Sequence record: MK977694.1
DNA from: Escherichia phage vB_EcoM-Sa45lw
DNA: 64,000 bases
Strand: one strand, 5' to 3'
Positions 1-10,261 of this stretch are shown piece by piece (the first letter of the stretch is position 1; the number at the start of each line of letters is the position of its first letter). The position numbers were made by a program, and so were the translations under genes. The notes beneath the pieces were generated by a model. It saw only the letters and a program-made list of their open reading frames with translations. It was not told the origin of the DNA and made no database searches.

Positions 1-761
1 CTTACTCTATTGAATTAGCACAAGACCTCCGCGCTGTTCATGGTATGGATGCTGATGCTGAACTGTCTGGTATTCTGGCTACCGAAATTATGCTGGAAAT
101 CAACCGTGAAGTTGTTGATTGGATTAACTACTCAGCACAGGTTGGTAAATCTGGTATGACCCTGACTCCGGGTTCTAAAGCTGGTGTATTTGACTTCCAG
201 GACCCAATCGATATTCGTGGTGCTCGCTGGGCTGGTGAATCCTTTAAAGCTCTGTTGTTCCAGATTGACAAAGAAGCAGTTGAAATTGCTCGTCAGACCG
301 GTCGTGGTGAAGGTAACTTCATTATCGCTTCCCGTAACGTAGTTAACGTTCTGGCTTCAGTTGATACCGGCATTTCTTATGCTGCACAGGGTCTGGCAAC
401 TGGCTTTAACACTGATACTACCAAGTCAGTATTTGCTGGTGTTCTGGGTGGTAAATACCGTGTATATATCGACCAGTATGCTAAACAGGATTATTTCACT
501 GTAGGTTATAAAGGTCCGAACGAAATGGATGCTGGTATTTACTACGCTCCATATGTAGCTCTGACTCCACTGCGTGGTTCTGATCCGAAGAACTTCCAAC
601 CGGTAATGGGGTTCAAAACTCGTTACGGTATCGGTATCAACCCATTTGCAGAATCCGCTGCTCAGGCTCCGGCTTCTCGCATTCAGAGTGGTATGCCTTC
701 TATCCTGAACAGCCTTGGTAAGAACGCTTACTTCCGCCGTGTATATGTTAAAGGTATCTAA
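1..761 (+). CDS. 23: Major capsid protein gp23, C-terminal part (5' end lies outside window)
   Basis: Open frame from window edge; translation ...YSIELAQDLRAVHGMDADAELSGILATEIM...FRRVYVKGI matches remembered T4 gp23 C-terminus. Confidence 0.93.
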   Translation, partial: YSIELAQDLRAVHGMDADAELSGILATEIMLEINREVVDWINYSAQVGKSGMTLTPGSKAGVFDFQDPIDIRGARWAGESFKALLFQIDKEAVEIARQTGRGEGNFIIASRNVVNVLASVDTGISYAAQGLATGFNTDTTKSVFAGVLGGKYRVYIDQYAKQDYFTVGYKGPNEMDAGIYYAPYVALTPLRGSDPKNFQPVMGFKTRYGIGINPFAESAAQAPASRIQSGMPSILNSLGKNAYFRRVYVKGI

Positions 762-776
762 TCTTTGACGATTTAA

Positions 777-797
777 GGGACCTTCGGGTCCCTTTAG
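777..797 (+). terminator. Rho-independent terminator after gene 23
   Basis: Hairpin GGGACC-ttcg-GGTCCC followed by T-rich tract. Confidence 0.7.
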
Positions 798-809
798 TTG
801 TTTTTATGG

Positions 810-817
810 TATAAATA
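810..817 (+). promoter_or_regulatory. T4-type late promoter (TATAAATA) for gene 24
   Basis: Exact TATAAATA about 28 bp upstream of the gene 24 ATG. Confidence 0.7.
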
Positions 818-844
818 AATCATATAAACTGAAAGGAAAGCGCA

Positions 845-2128
845 ATGGCTAAAATCAACGAACTTCTGCGCGAATCAACCACAACGAATAGCAACTCAAT
901 CGGTCGCCCAAATCTCGTTGCTTTGACTCGCGCTACCACTAAATTAATATATTCTGACATTGTAGCAACGCAAAGAACTAATCAACCTGTTGCTGCTTTT
1001 TATGGTATCAAATACCTTAACCCAGACAATGAATTTACATTTAAAACTGGTGCTACTTACGCTGGCGAAGCTGGATATGTAGACCGAGAAAAAATCACAG
1101 AATTAACAGAAGAGTCTAAATTAACTCTCAATAAAGGCGATTTATTCAAATATAATAATATCGTTTATAAAGTATTAGAAGATACACCATTTGCTGATAT
1201 TGAAGAAAGCGACTTAGAGTTAGCTCTTCAGATTGCAATTGTTCTTTTAAAGGTTCGTCTATTTTCTGACGCAGCGTCAACAAGCAAATTTGAAAGCTCT
1301 GATAGTGAAATTGCGGATGCTAGATTCCAGATTAATAAATGGCAAACCACAGTTAAATCTCGCAAACTTAAAACTGGTATCACAGTTGAATTAGCACAAG
1401 ATTTAGAAGCAAACGGATTCGATGCTCCTAATTTCTTAGAAGATTTGCTTGCAACCGAAATGGCAGATGAAATCAATAAAGATATTCTGCAGTCTTTGAT
1501 TACAGTATCAAAACGTTATAAAGTTACAGGAATTACTGATACTGGATTCATTGATTTGAGTTATGCATCTGCACCTGAAGCTGGTCGTTCATTATACCGA
1601 ATGGTATGTGAAATGGTTTCGCATATCCAAAAAGAATCAACTTATACAGCAACGTTCTGTGTTGCTTCTGCTCGTGCCGCTGCGATTCTTGCTGCATCAG
1701 GTTGGTTAAAACATAAACCAGAAGATGACAAGTATCTTTCACAAAATGCCTACGGGTTCTTAGCTAATGGTTTACCGCTTTATTGCGATACTAACAGCCC
1801 ATTAGATTATGTAATCGTTGGCGTAGTAGAAAATATCGGTGAAAAAGAAATTGTTGGATCAATTTTCTATGCTCCGTATACAGAAGGTCTAGACTTAGAT
1901 GACCCTGAACATGTAGGTGCATTTAAAGTTGTTGTTGATCCAGAAAGCTTGCAACCGTCTATCGGTTTATTAGTTAGATATGCTTTATCTGCAAATCCTT
2001 ATACTGTAGCAAAAGATGAAAAAGAAGCAAGAGTAATTGATGGTGGAGACATGGATAAAATGGCGGGTCGTTCAGATTTGTCTGTTTTATTAGGTGTTAA
2101 ATTACCAAAAATTATTATCGATGAATAA
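845..2128 (+). CDS. 24: Capsid vertex protein gp24
   Basis: 427 aa, same length as T4 gp24; gp23-like fold expected; SD AGGAAAG upstream. Confidence 0.93.
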   Translation: MAKINELLRESTTTNSNSIGRPNLVALTRATTKLIYSDIVATQRTNQPVAAFYGIKYLNPDNEFTFKTGATYAGEAGYVDREKITELTEESKLTLNKGDLFKYNNIVYKVLEDTPFADIEESDLELALQIAIVLLKVRLFSDAASTSKFESSDSEIADARFQINKWQTTVKSRKLKTGITVELAQDLEANGFDAPNFLEDLLATEMADEINKDILQSLITVSKRYKVTGITDTGFIDLSYASAPEAGRSLYRMVCEMVSHIQKESTYTATFCVASARAAAILAASGWLKHKPEDDKYLSQNAYGFLANGLPLYCDTNSPLDYVIVGVVENIGEKEIVGSIFYAPYTEGLDLDDPEHVGAFKVVVDPESLQPSIGLLVRYALSANPYTVAKDEKEARVIDGGDMDKMAGRSDLSVLLGVKLPKIIIDE

Positions 2129-2134
2129 AACAAA

Positions 2135-2155
2135 GGGACCGAAAGGTCCCTTTTT
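2135..2155. terminator. Bidirectional terminator between convergent 24 and rnlB
   Basis: GGGACC-gaaa-GGTCCC hairpin flanked by A-run and T-run. Confidence 0.65.
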
Positions 2156-2157
2156 AT

Positions 2158-3162
2158 TTAGCTCACCAACTCAATCCAAGCTGGACGAAGTACATCTTGC
2201 ACCATTTTAACTAATTCCTTTTTAATCAAAGAAGGATTATCCGCTTGAGTTAGAGTAATACCTTCACGAGAAGTTTCTTCCAAAATATCTTGGACAGTTA
2301 GCCCCATCACCTTTCCAAAATCTTTAGGACCAATTTCGCCAATTTTAGAAATAACGTTATTTACTCGGTTCAGTGTAACGTAACAAGCTAAAATTCCCAC
2401 TAATTTGTTATCAGCTTCTGATAGTTCAACTTTAGCTTTAATAGGCTTATCAGACTTTTTCTTTTCACTAAATTTGGAATTCTTGCATTTAATTGCTACA
2501 CGATTTCCATTACGAAGCCAAGAAGGATAACAAGGTTTCAATACATATCCTTCAGCGGTAAATACTTCGCCTTTTGCTTCGGCATTCCAAACGCATTTAT
2601 TTGCATCAACTAATCCAGCATGGTCTACTGTAAAATTATAATCTTGGACGACAGAATCTAAATCATTTGGCAATTTAATAAGCTCTTCAAATTTACCGCG
2701 ACCTAAAAGTGGAGCCATTTTAAATTTAAATGTATTGCAGAATGATTCCATCATATAATCATCGACATAAGTCACGTCACCACTTTCTGTAGTGACAATA
2801 ATGTCAAATACATAGAAATCTTTATCACCATAATCAACATTCTTCTGAATGCCAGGTCCAGCGAATTCGCCAAAAACTTGATAAGTCACAACAGCTGAAG
2901 TTTCCATAATATCTTGTACTGCTTTAATGGAATCAGCGTAATTCTTTAGAATAATTTCATACCCAAAGAAATCTTCAGCAGGAAGAATCGGTCCAGTACG
3001 TTTAGCGCAAGTTACTTTATCACGCTCAATAATCAAAGAAAAGTTTGTTCCATGAATTTTTTCACGAGCTACCCATTCGCCGCCAGTCAATCCCAAGCTA
3101 TAAAGTTTTTCAATAAATTTAGAGTTGTAATGATTTTCAAGACTGCTATACTTTTTAAACAT
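2158..3162 (-). CDS. rnlB: RNA ligase 2 (Rnl2)
   Basis: 334 aa; ligase motif I KIHGTN; N-terminus [16 protein letters not shown] matches remembered T4 Rnl2. Confidence 0.93.
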   Translation of the reverse strand: MFKKYSSLENHYNSKFIEKLYSLGLTGGEWVAREKIHGTNFSLIIERDKVTCAKRTGPILPAEDFFGYEIILKNYADSIKAVQDIMETSAVVTYQVFGEFAGPGIQKNVDYGDKDFYVFDIIVTTESGDVTYVDDYMMESFCNTFKFKMAPLLGRGKFEELIKLPNDLDSVVQDYNFTVDHAGLVDANKCVWNAEAKGEVFTAEGYVLKPCYPSWLRNGNRVAIKCKNSKFSEKKKSDKPIKAKVELSEADNKLVGILACYVTLNRVNNVISKIGEIGPKDFGKVMGLTVQDILEETSREGITLTQADNPSLIKKELVKMVQDVLRPAWIELVS

Positions 3163-3171
3163 AATTAATCC

Positions 3172-3450
3172 TCAAAATGTAATTTCTAACCAATCACCAT
3201 CACGCTGATCACTATTGACTTTAAAATTAAATCCTTCTTTTCTCAGCCAATCACCAATTTCTTCAGTAATCAGTTTATCGCGAGCAGTACAATAATAACT
3301 AAAATATGTTTTACCTTGTTCAGCTGCTTTATTAGCAAGTTCTGAAAAATCTTTAATAAAACACTCTAGCTTAAACTGTTTACTTTTTAATGCTTTTTCA
3401 CGTAATTGATTAGCAAAAGATTCATTTTCATAAAGATCATACTGTTCCAT
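3172..3450 (-). CDS. Hypothetical protein (positional equivalent of T4 24.2)
   Basis: 92 aa ORF, synteny only. Confidence 0.55.
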   Translation of the reverse strand: MEQYDLYENESFANQLREKALKSKQFKLECFIKDFSELANKAAEQGKTYFSYYCTARDKLITEEIGDWLRKEGFNFKVNSDQRDGDWLEITF

Positions 3451-3652
3451 TTTTCACCTTTTTATTAATGTGTCTTTTTCTATAGACAACTTTTTCTCGA
3501 GTCTCAAATTTATTCTTTGCAGTCATAGCTCGAGCCCATAATACAGCCACTTCTTTCGCCTGTAAGTTTAATTCACGAGCAATTTCAATGAATGACTTTC
3601 CAGACTCATGAAGCGTAAACACCACAACTTCAGTTCTCATAATCAATCTCAT
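3437..3652 (-). CDS. Hypothetical small protein (positional equivalent of T4 24.3)
   Basis: 71 aa ORF, synteny; possible helix-turn-helix (SFIEIARELNLQAKEVAVLWARA). Confidence 0.5.
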   Translation of the reverse strand: MRLIMRTEVVVFTLHESGKSFIEIARELNLQAKEVAVLWARAMTAKNKFETREKVVYRKRHINKKVKNGTV

Positions 3653-3710
3653 GTTATCGAGTTGGTGCCATTATATACATCATTTTCTGATTGTGTTTTG
3701 TGTGCTTTCA

Positions 3711-3735
3711 AAATGAAGAAAGGGGCCGAAGCCCC
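3711..3735 (-). terminator. Terminator downstream of hoc
   Basis: On - strand GGGGC-ttcg-GCCCC followed by TTTCTTCATTTT. Confidence 0.6.
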
Positions 3736-3741
3736 TTTCGA

Positions 3742-4872
3742 TTATGGATAAGTATAGATGATACCAGTTTCTAAAGCAGTTTTATGAATGATGTATCCAT
3801 TGCGTGATTCTTGAACATCAACTTCTGGATAGTCTTTCATCATCTTCTGAAGAGTGTAACGATGCAGGTAGTATTTACTGTCTGGATCTTCAGTTTTCCA
3901 ATCTTTACCTTCTTCGGTCATTTTTTGGATTTCATCCATAACCCACCAACCGCACCAGATATAAGCTGAAGTACGATGTGGAAGAGGATGAACATAAGGC
4001 AATTCACCTTCTGGTTCCGGAGCAACTTTATCAGTTACCTGAACTTGGCCTGTTGCTTTAACTGTTTTACTATCATAGTCGGTTGCTGTAACGACAGCAG
4101 TAACTTCAATAGTTTGACTTCCAATAGATGAGGTGTCAACGGTGTATACGTTAGTTGACCCTTCTACAGGAGAAGAATCTTTCTTCCATGAATAAGTAAT
4201 TTGCGCTGCTTCAGGTGCGCCAGTGACATTAGCGGTAAATGTAGCTGAAGCATCTTGCTGAACGTTAATAGAAGGAGGAGTCAATGTAACCTGCGGATTC
4301 ATTGTCTTCTTATTAACTGTCAATGATACTTCATTAGAAGTAACTTCCTTTTCATTGTAATTTTCTGCTGTTACTTGGGCTACGCATTTAATTCTTTTTA
4401 CTCCACTTGTAGTTGGAGTATAGCTAAATGTAGAGTTAGTTTCTCCACCAACTTGAGAATCATCTACATACCATTTATATGTAGCAGACGCTCCATCAGG
4501 TTGAGAAGCTAAGGCAGCAGTAAATTGAACTGGGGTTCCAATTACTCCTGCTGGAGGACTATTAGGAGTTACTGCCAATGTAGTTGTCTGAGTTTTATTT
4601 TTAACCGTTATAGTAGTTGATGCTTGAGCTGTTTCAGGACTACTATCTGCAACTTGGTTTGTTGCAACAACTTTAATAGTCTTTTGACCAGCAGGACCTT
4701 TTAATACATAATCAAAAGTTGCTTCAGACCCATCTTGTGGAGCATTATCTACACTCCAAGCATAAGTAATAGTTCCACCTCCAGTTTCACCACTGGGTGC
4801 AGCAGTAAACTGCTTGGTTTCATCAATAACCCCTGTCGGTGTTTTAGGAGTTATATCAACTGTAAAAGCCAT
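3742..4872 (-). CDS. hoc: Highly immunogenic outer capsid protein Hoc
   Basis: 376 aa; N-terminus MAFTVDITPKTPTG; three tandem Ig-like repeats visible in the protein. Confidence 0.9.
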   Translation of the reverse strand: MAFTVDITPKTPTGVIDETKQFTAAPSGETGGGTITYAWSVDNAPQDGSEATFDYVLKGPAGQKTIKVVATNQVADSSPETAQASTTITVKNKTQTTTLAVTPNSPPAGVIGTPVQFTAALASQPDGASATYKWYVDDSQVGGETNSTFSYTPTTSGVKRIKCVAQVTAENYNEKEVTSNEVSLTVNKKTMNPQVTLTPPSINVQQDASATFTANVTGAPEAAQITYSWKKDSSPVEGSTNVYTVDTSSIGSQTIEVTAVVTATDYDSKTVKATGQVQVTDKVAPEPEGELPYVHPLPHRTSAYIWCGWWVMDEIQKMTEEGKDWKTEDPDSKYYLHRYTLQKMMKDYPEVDVQESRNGYIIHKTALETGIIYTYP

Positions 4873-4881
4873 AAGTTATCC

Positions 4882-5562
4882 TTATTTTAATGTTACGAAA
4901 GAAGAATTGCGTGTTTCACGAATTAAAACTGATCCGTCGCGATTAATGTAATAAATTAAGCTAAACAAAGTTTGGTGTGCTGACGCGTGCTCAAAACTAG
5001 TTGGATGAGATTTCCAATCAGGAGTTTCAGCGATCCATTGATAAATCCACCAAGGAACCGTACAGAATCCTGGATTTTTCCCCAATAATTGAAGATTCGG
5101 GCTAAAGTTTTCCGGAAGAGTAAATACAGACGGCTTTTCATATTCAATAATCTCAGCTACAGCTTGTTCGAATTTTTCTTCAACAAAAGGAGTATCTTCA
5201 ATCAAAACATCAGTATTTTCAGGAATTTTATCCGTTTCTACCACTTCAATTTTAATATCAGATTTAACTGGAGAATCAATCAGAAGTGCTGCTTCTGGAT
5301 TAACTTCTTCATCGTCATATTTTAATCCCTCTGCAGCATCAGCAGCATCAATTAAGTCTTTAATAGATAACCCATCAGTCTCTGGCATAGGTTCACTAGC
5401 GAGCTTCTGGAGGGCTTCTTCAATATCAGCAACGATATTATCAAAAGATTTATTCTTTTTGACCTTTATACCAAACTGTTCAGCATATTCAGCTAATTTA
5501 GCTTTAGCTTCTTTATTATCATCAAGAGCCTTCAGCTCTGCAATATAATCTTTATCTATCAT
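4882..5562 (-). CDS. inh: Inh-like protein (inhibitor of prohead protease)
   Basis: 226 aa acidic protein at the T4 inh position between hoc and uvsW. Confidence 0.7.
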   Translation of the reverse strand: MIDKDYIAELKALDDNKEAKAKLAEYAEQFGIKVKKNKSFDNIVADIEEALQKLASEPMPETDGLSIKDLIDAADAAEGLKYDDEEVNPEAALLIDSPVKSDIKIEVVETDKIPENTDVLIEDTPFVEEKFEQAVAEIIEYEKPSVFTLPENFSPNLQLLGKNPGFCTVPWWIYQWIAETPDWKSHPTSFEHASAHQTLFSLIYYINRDGSVLIRETRNSSFVTLK

Positions 5563-5575
5563 AATATTTCCTCAG

Positions 5576-5583
5576 TATAAATA
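5576..5583 (+). promoter_or_regulatory. Late promoter (TATAAATA) for uvsW
   Basis: Exact TATAAATA about 30 bp upstream of the uvsW ATG. Confidence 0.65.
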
Positions 5584-5612
5584 TAGATATATTTATTACA
5601 TGGTATTTAGAC

Positions 5613-7124
5613 ATGACTGACATTAAAGTACATTTTTATGATTTTAGTCACGTGAGAATTGATTGTGAAGAAAGTACATTTCATGAACTCCGTGATTTCT
5701 TTAGCTTTGAAGCTGATGGGTATCGTTTTAATCCGAAATACAAATATGGCCACTGGGATGGACGAATCCGTCTTTTAGATTATAATCGTCTTCTTCCATT
5801 CGGCTTAGTCGGGCAAATTAAAAAGTTCTGTGATAACTTTGGCTATAAAGCCTGGATTGACCCACAAATTAACGAAAAAGAAGAATTATCAAGAAAAGAT
5901 TTTGATGAATGGCTTTCTAAATTAGAAATCTATTCAGGAAATAAAAGAATTGAACCACACTGGTATCAAAAAGATGCAGTGTTCGAAGGATTAGTTAATC
6001 GTCGTAGAATTCTTAATCTTCCAACATCCGCTGGTAAATCGTTAATTCAAGCTTTACTCGCTCGGTATTATTTGGAAAATTACGAAGGTAAAATTCTTAT
6101 CATTGTTCCAACAACTGCTCTAACAACTCAGATGGCTGATGACTTCGTTGACTATCGTTTATTCAGTCATGCAATGATAAAGAAAATTGGTGGCGGAGCA
6201 TCAAAAGATGATAAATATAAAAATGACGCACCAGTCGTTGTTGGTACATGGCAAACTGTAGTTAAACAACCGAAAGAATGGTTCTCACAGTTTGGAATGA
6301 TGATGAATGATGAATGCCATCTTGCTACAGGAAAAAGTATTTCATCTATCATATCAGGTTTAAATAACTGTATGTTTAAATTTGGTCTATCAGGTTCATT
6401 ACGTGATGGCAAAGCCAATATCATGCAGTATGTTGGAATGTTCGGTGAAATATTTAAGCCAGTAACGACTTCTAAATTAATGGAAGATGGACAAGTAACT
6501 GAGCTAAAAATTAATAGTATTTTTCTTCGCTATCCCGATGAGTTCACTACTAAATTAAAGGGAAAAACTTATCAAGAAGAAATAAAAATTATTACTGGGC
6601 TTAGTAAAAGAAATAAATGGATCGCTAAATTAGCTATTAAGCTTGCGCAAAAAGATGAAAACGCTTTTGTCATGTTTAAACATGTATCACATGGTAAAGC
6701 TATTTTCGATTTAATTAAAAATGAATACGATAAAGTTTATTACGTATCAGGGGAAGTTGATACCGAAACCCGCAATATAATGAAAACCTTAGCTGAAAAT
6801 GGTAAAGGAATAATTATAGTAGCTAGTTATGGTGTATTTTCTACTGGTATTTCAGTTAAAAATCTGCACCACGTTGTTTTAGCACACGGTGTTAAATCAA
6901 AAATCATTGTATTACAAACAATCGGTCGTGTATTACGTAAGCATGGTTCTAAGACAATAGCAACAGTCTGGGACCTCATAGATGATTGTGGTGTTAAGCC
7001 AAAATCTGCTAATACGAAAAAGAAATATGTTCATTTGAACTATCTTTTAAAACACGGCATTGATCGTATTCAGCGCTACGCAGATGAAAAATTTAATTAC
7101 GTAATGAAAACAGTTAATTTATAA
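5613..7124 (+). CDS. uvsW: UvsW DNA/RNA helicase
   Basis: 503 aa; Walker A LPTSAGKS, DECH box; N-terminus MTDIKVHFYDFSH matches T4 UvsW. Confidence 0.95.
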   Translation: MTDIKVHFYDFSHVRIDCEESTFHELRDFFSFEADGYRFNPKYKYGHWDGRIRLLDYNRLLPFGLVGQIKKFCDNFGYKAWIDPQINEKEELSRKDFDEWLSKLEIYSGNKRIEPHWYQKDAVFEGLVNRRRILNLPTSAGKSLIQALLARYYLENYEGKILIIVPTTALTTQMADDFVDYRLFSHAMIKKIGGGASKDDKYKNDAPVVVGTWQTVVKQPKEWFSQFGMMMNDECHLATGKSISSIISGLNNCMFKFGLSGSLRDGKANIMQYVGMFGEIFKPVTTSKLMEDGQVTELKINSIFLRYPDEFTTKLKGKTYQEEIKIITGLSKRNKWIAKLAIKLAQKDENAFVMFKHVSHGKAIFDLIKNEYDKVYYVSGEVDTETRNIMKTLAENGKGIIIVASYGVFSTGISVKNLHHVVLAHGVKSKIIVLQTIGRVLRKHGSKTIATVWDLIDDCGVKPKSANTKKKYVHLNYLLKHGIDRIQRYADEKFNYVMKTVNL

Positions 7125-7149
7125 GGGCTTCGGCCCTTTGGAGAAAAAG

Positions 7150-7383
7150 ATGTTACTAGAATTTAAACAATTTCTTTATGAAGCTTCTATTGATGAATTT
7201 ATGGGTAAAATTGCCTCTTGCCAAACGATAGAAGGTTTAGAAGAACTTGAAGCTTATTATAAGAAAAGAGTTAAAGAAACTGAATTAAAAGATACTGATG
7301 ACATCTCAGTCAGAGATGCTTTGGCAGGAAAAAGAGCTGAATTAGAAGATTCAGACGATGATGAAGTAGAAGAAAGCTTTTAA
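7150..7383 (+). CDS. uvsW.1: UvsW.1 small acidic protein
   Basis: ATG at 7150 preceded by GGAG; ORF track start at 7138 is a TTG lying inside the upstream hairpin. Confidence 0.65.
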   Translation: MLLEFKQFLYEASIDEFMGKIASCQTIEGLEELEAYYKKRVKETELKDTDDISVRDALAGKRAELEDSDDDEVEESF

Positions 7384-7438
7384 ATTAAAAAAGGCCCAAC
7401 CAAAAAGGAAGGGCCAAAACTATAGACTAAAGGTCACA

Positions 7439-7606
7439 CTATAGCAAAAGTTGTGTTTCATTTAATTGTTCTTCCGAACTTTCTGAAACTGGTAGTTCTT
7501 TAATGTAATTATAGCAAGGCCCAGGATGTACAGGACCTTTGTCTGTTTCAACAACCAATGCAGAATCGATTGGAGTTTTACAGACAACACAAATCTTATC
7601 TGACAT
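7439..7606 (-). CDS. Small Cys-containing protein (uvsY.-2 position)
   Basis: 55 aa ORF MSDKICVVCKTPIDS..., below the ORF-track cutoff; SD GAGGAG upstream. Confidence 0.45.
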   Translation of the reverse strand: MSDKICVVCKTPIDSALVVETDKGPVHPGPCYNYIKELPVSESSEEQLNETQLLL

Positions 7607-7631
7607 GATTGTCTCCTCTGAATTATATATC

Positions 7632-7639
7632 TATTTATA
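7632..7639 (-). promoter_or_regulatory. Candidate late promoter (TATAAATA on - strand) upstream of the small ORF at 7439-7606
   Basis: Plus-strand TATTTATA, 26 bp upstream of the ATG. Confidence 0.4.
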
Positions 7640-7729
7640 ACCCCATCTTAAAGCGCATTTCTTGTACACGCTTTAAACATGCTTCCATTTCTGCTAAAAG
7701 TCTAAATACTTCTTTATAATTTGTCATAT

Positions 7730-7957
7730 TTACCCCATATCTCTCATATGCATATCAATGCCCATATCTTTAGAATAAAAATATTCATCAAGATATCCGG
7801 CAAATTTTCCTTTAATATAAAGGACATCTTCACCACACGGGTGGTCGGCCAGGATACGAATATCCTGACGCTTAAGATTATGCTTTTTCATTAAGAATTG
7901 AATCTCAGTTTCAAATTCTTCTTCATAATTAAAAGCATCATCAATGTTATATCTCAT
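7730..7957 (-). CDS. Hypothetical protein (uvsY.-1 position)
   Basis: 75 aa ORF directly downstream of uvsY. Confidence 0.6.
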   Translation of the reverse strand: MRYNIDDAFNYEEEFETEIQFLMKKHNLKRQDIRILADHPCGEDVLYIKGKFAGYLDEYFYSKDMGIDMHMRDMG

Positions 7958-8370
7958 TATTTTCCAGCCTCAAATGCCCGCATGTCTTGAATATGCTTAA
8001 TAGCAAATCCACGTGATTTAATAGCATCAAGAGCTCCGCTACAGAAATCCAATAAAATTCCCCAATATTGTAATGAAGTATCAACCTTTAAAACATCCTT
8101 ATCAGCTGATAGAACTGTTTTCATTTCTGATTTCTCGTAACGATCCATACTAAATTCATCACCATCTCCTCGTCCCGAGTAGTAGTCTAATTTAGCTTTA
8201 AGAGCAACTTTTTTCTGTGCTTCAATTCTAAGCATTTCCTTTTTAATACTTGAATGCTTATTAAGCCATTTACTATATAACATCACATTATTAGCTGCTT
8301 CATACTGTAATTTAGTCGAATCTATAAACACATCTTTCTTCAATTCTTCTTGAAGATCTTCTAATCTCAT
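7957..8370 (-). CDS. uvsY: UvsY recombination mediator
   Basis: 137 aa; MRLEDLQEELKKDVFIDSTKLQYEAANN matches T4 UvsY. Confidence 0.95.
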   Translation of the reverse strand: MRLEDLQEELKKDVFIDSTKLQYEAANNVMLYSKWLNKHSSIKKEMLRIEAQKKVALKAKLDYYSGRGDGDEFSMDRYEKSEMKTVLSADKDVLKVDTSLQYWGILLDFCSGALDAIKSRGFAIKHIQDMRAFEAGK

Positions 8371-8410
8371 ATTGTTCTCTATTCAATTGTTATTGGATGG
8401 ACTTAGATTC

Positions 8411-8436
8411 ATTATACCACGTTTATACGTGAAGCA
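8411..8436 (-). promoter_or_regulatory. Candidate MotA-dependent middle promoter for uvsY
   Basis: On - strand TGCTTCA (MotA-box-like), 13 nt, then TATAAT. Confidence 0.5.
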
Positions 8437-8835
8437 TTATACTCTATTACTGGAAGCCAGTTGTAGTTTTATCTGCTCAATATCATCAGGGTTATCGATG
8501 ACTGAAAAGCGTATTTCTACTATCAAAGTATAATCATCATAAACCGGTATTACATTAACTGCTAATTTATCAATACGTGGCTCATAGTTTCTTACTGCGC
8601 TTTCGATATTACGCTCAACCGTGTCAGCAGTAAGAGGAGTCATATTCTCAAAAAGTTGGTCAGATAAATCGCATCCAAATTCAGGGTCAAACGGTCTTGA
8701 ACCTTTTCTTGTTGTAATAATTCCTAAAAGACTATTTTTAATTGACCTTAATCCAAGTGATCTTGAAACGTCTTTGTTCCAATCCATTTTCATCTCTGGG
8801 TCAATATCAGAATAAAGCTTATTAATATTTGCCAT
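8437..8835 (-). CDS. 25: Baseplate wedge protein gp25
   Basis: 132 aa; [19 protein letters not shown]; T4 gp25 size and position. Confidence 0.93.
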   Translation of the reverse strand: MANINKLYSDIDPEMKMDWNKDVSRSLGLRSIKNSLLGIITTRKGSRPFDPEFGCDLSDQLFENMTPLTADTVERNIESAVRNYEPRIDKLAVNVIPVYDDYTLIVEIRFSVIDNPDDIEQIKLQLASSNRV

Positions 8836-9461
8836 TACAATAGCTCAAAGAATTCTTTGAGTCCTCTTATTACATGAGCGTGGGTTTTTCCACACTCTGG
8901 ACATTTAATTGGAACAGCCAAATAAACAGTAGGCTTTAAAAGCATATCTTTTATAGCTACAATATCTGACTCTGTGATGATAGAATATAAATCTTCCAAT
9001 TCTTTTTCATTTAAGTCTTCAACTGGAATGCTTTCACCGTTAGCATGAATCGTTTCTATACATGATACTATCATGTGGGCTATATTTTTATCATCAAAAA
9101 TTTTAGGGTAATGGAATTTAATTTTAATGTCACCCAGTGTATACCAGAGGTCTTCTGGTGCATCTATTTGTGTATGTAATAGATTTATATGGGTTGGTAT
9201 TTCAGTTCCACAGGTGCACTTCCAGGAGTTTTCGTGATTAACTTCTCCAAGAGAATGCGCCCATAAATGAATCAGTAATAGTTCTGATTCTTGGCGGTTT
9301 AAATCTTTTGCATTTGTGCAGTCTTTGATTAGCTTTTTAACAATTACTTCTACGGAACCATTATTTTTGGCAGTAATAAGTTCTAGATATTCTTTAAGAG
9401 TAAATGCACGACAGTTGATTATTTTAGAACCAACTCTCACGTCAAATTTGTATTCATACAT
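8835..9461 (-). CDS. 26: Baseplate hub protein gp26
   Basis: 208 aa at the T4 gene 26 position. Confidence 0.85.
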   Translation of the reverse strand: MYEYKFDVRVGSKIINCRAFTLKEYLELITAKNNGSVEVIVKKLIKDCTNAKDLNRQESELLLIHLWAHSLGEVNHENSWKCTCGTEIPTHINLLHTQIDAPEDLWYTLGDIKIKFHYPKIFDDKNIAHMIVSCIETIHANGESIPVEDLNEKELEDLYSIITESDIVAIKDMLLKPTVYLAVPIKCPECGKTHAHVIRGLKEFFELL

Positions 9462-9483
9462 ATTTAGCTCCTTTATTTATCAT

Positions 9484-9491
9484 ATTTATAA
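9484..9491 (-). promoter_or_regulatory. Late promoter (TATAAATA, - strand) for genes 26-25
   Basis: Plus TATTTATA, overlapping the divergent + strand late promoter. Confidence 0.6.
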
Positions 9492-9494
9492 ATA
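9487..9494 (+). promoter_or_regulatory. Late promoter (TATAAATA) for gene 51
   Basis: Exact TATAAATA 18 bp upstream of the gene 51 ATG. Confidence 0.65.
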
Positions 9495-9511
9495 GAATAA
9501 AAGGAGCATCT

Positions 9512-10261
9512 ATGGCAAACATTATTCGTTGTAAATTACCTGATGGTGTTCATCGTTTTAAACCATTTACGGTAGAAGATTATCGAGATTTTTTGTTAGT
9601 TCGAAACGATATAGAACATCGGTCATCACAAGAACAAAAAGAAGTAATTGCTGATTTAATTGCTGATTATTTTGGAGACTATCCAAAGACTTGGCAACCA
9701 TTTATATTTTTGCAGGTATTTGTAGGTTCAATAGGTAAAACTAAAGTACCAGTCACATTCATATGTCCAAAATGTAAAAAAGAAAAGACAGTTCCATTTG
9801 AAATATATCAAAAAGAATTAAAGGAACCTATTTTTGATGTAGCTAATGTTAAAATTAAATTAAATTTTCCTTCTGAGTTTTATGAAAATAAAGCAAAGAT
9901 GATTACTGAAAATATTCATTCTGTTCAAGTAGATGAAATGTGGTATGATTGGAAGGAAATTAGTGAATCAAGTCAAATAGAACTTGTTGACGCCATCGAG
10001 ATAGAAACATTAGAAAAAATTCTCGATGCAATGAATCCTATTAATTTAACATTGCACATGTCGTGTTGTGATAAGTACATTAAAAAATACACTGATATAG
10101 TAGATGTGTTTAAGCTATTAGTTAATCCAGATGAGATATTTACTTTTTATCAAATTAATCACACGCTTGTAAAAAGTAATTATAGCTTAAATTCAATAAT
10201 GAAAATGATTCCTGCCGAGCGCGGATTCGTATTAAAACTGATTGAGAAGGATAAACAATAA
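9512..10261 (+). CDS. 51: Baseplate hub assembly protein gp51
   Basis: 249 aa at the T4 gene 51 position, divergent from 26. Confidence 0.85.
   Translation: MANIIRCKLPDGVHRFKPFTVEDYRDFLLVRNDIEHRSSQEQKEVIADLIADYFGDYPKTWQPFIFLQVFVGSIGKTKVPVTFICPKCKKEKTVPFEIYQKELKEPIFDVANVKIKLNFPSEFYENKAKMITENIHSVQVDEMWYDWKEISESSQIELVDAIEIETLEKILDAMNPINLTLHMSCCDKYIKKYTDIVDVFKLLVNPDEIFTFYQINHTLVKSNYSLNSIMKMIPAERGFVLKLIEKDKQ

Noticed and set aside
1228-1476. 82 aa antisense ORF inside gene 24 (and similar ones at 1548-1742, 4956-5147, 5089-5325, 6167-6424)
   Set aside because: Fully embedded antisense to well-supported long genes, no start signals; typical spurious frames in AT-rich phage DNA.
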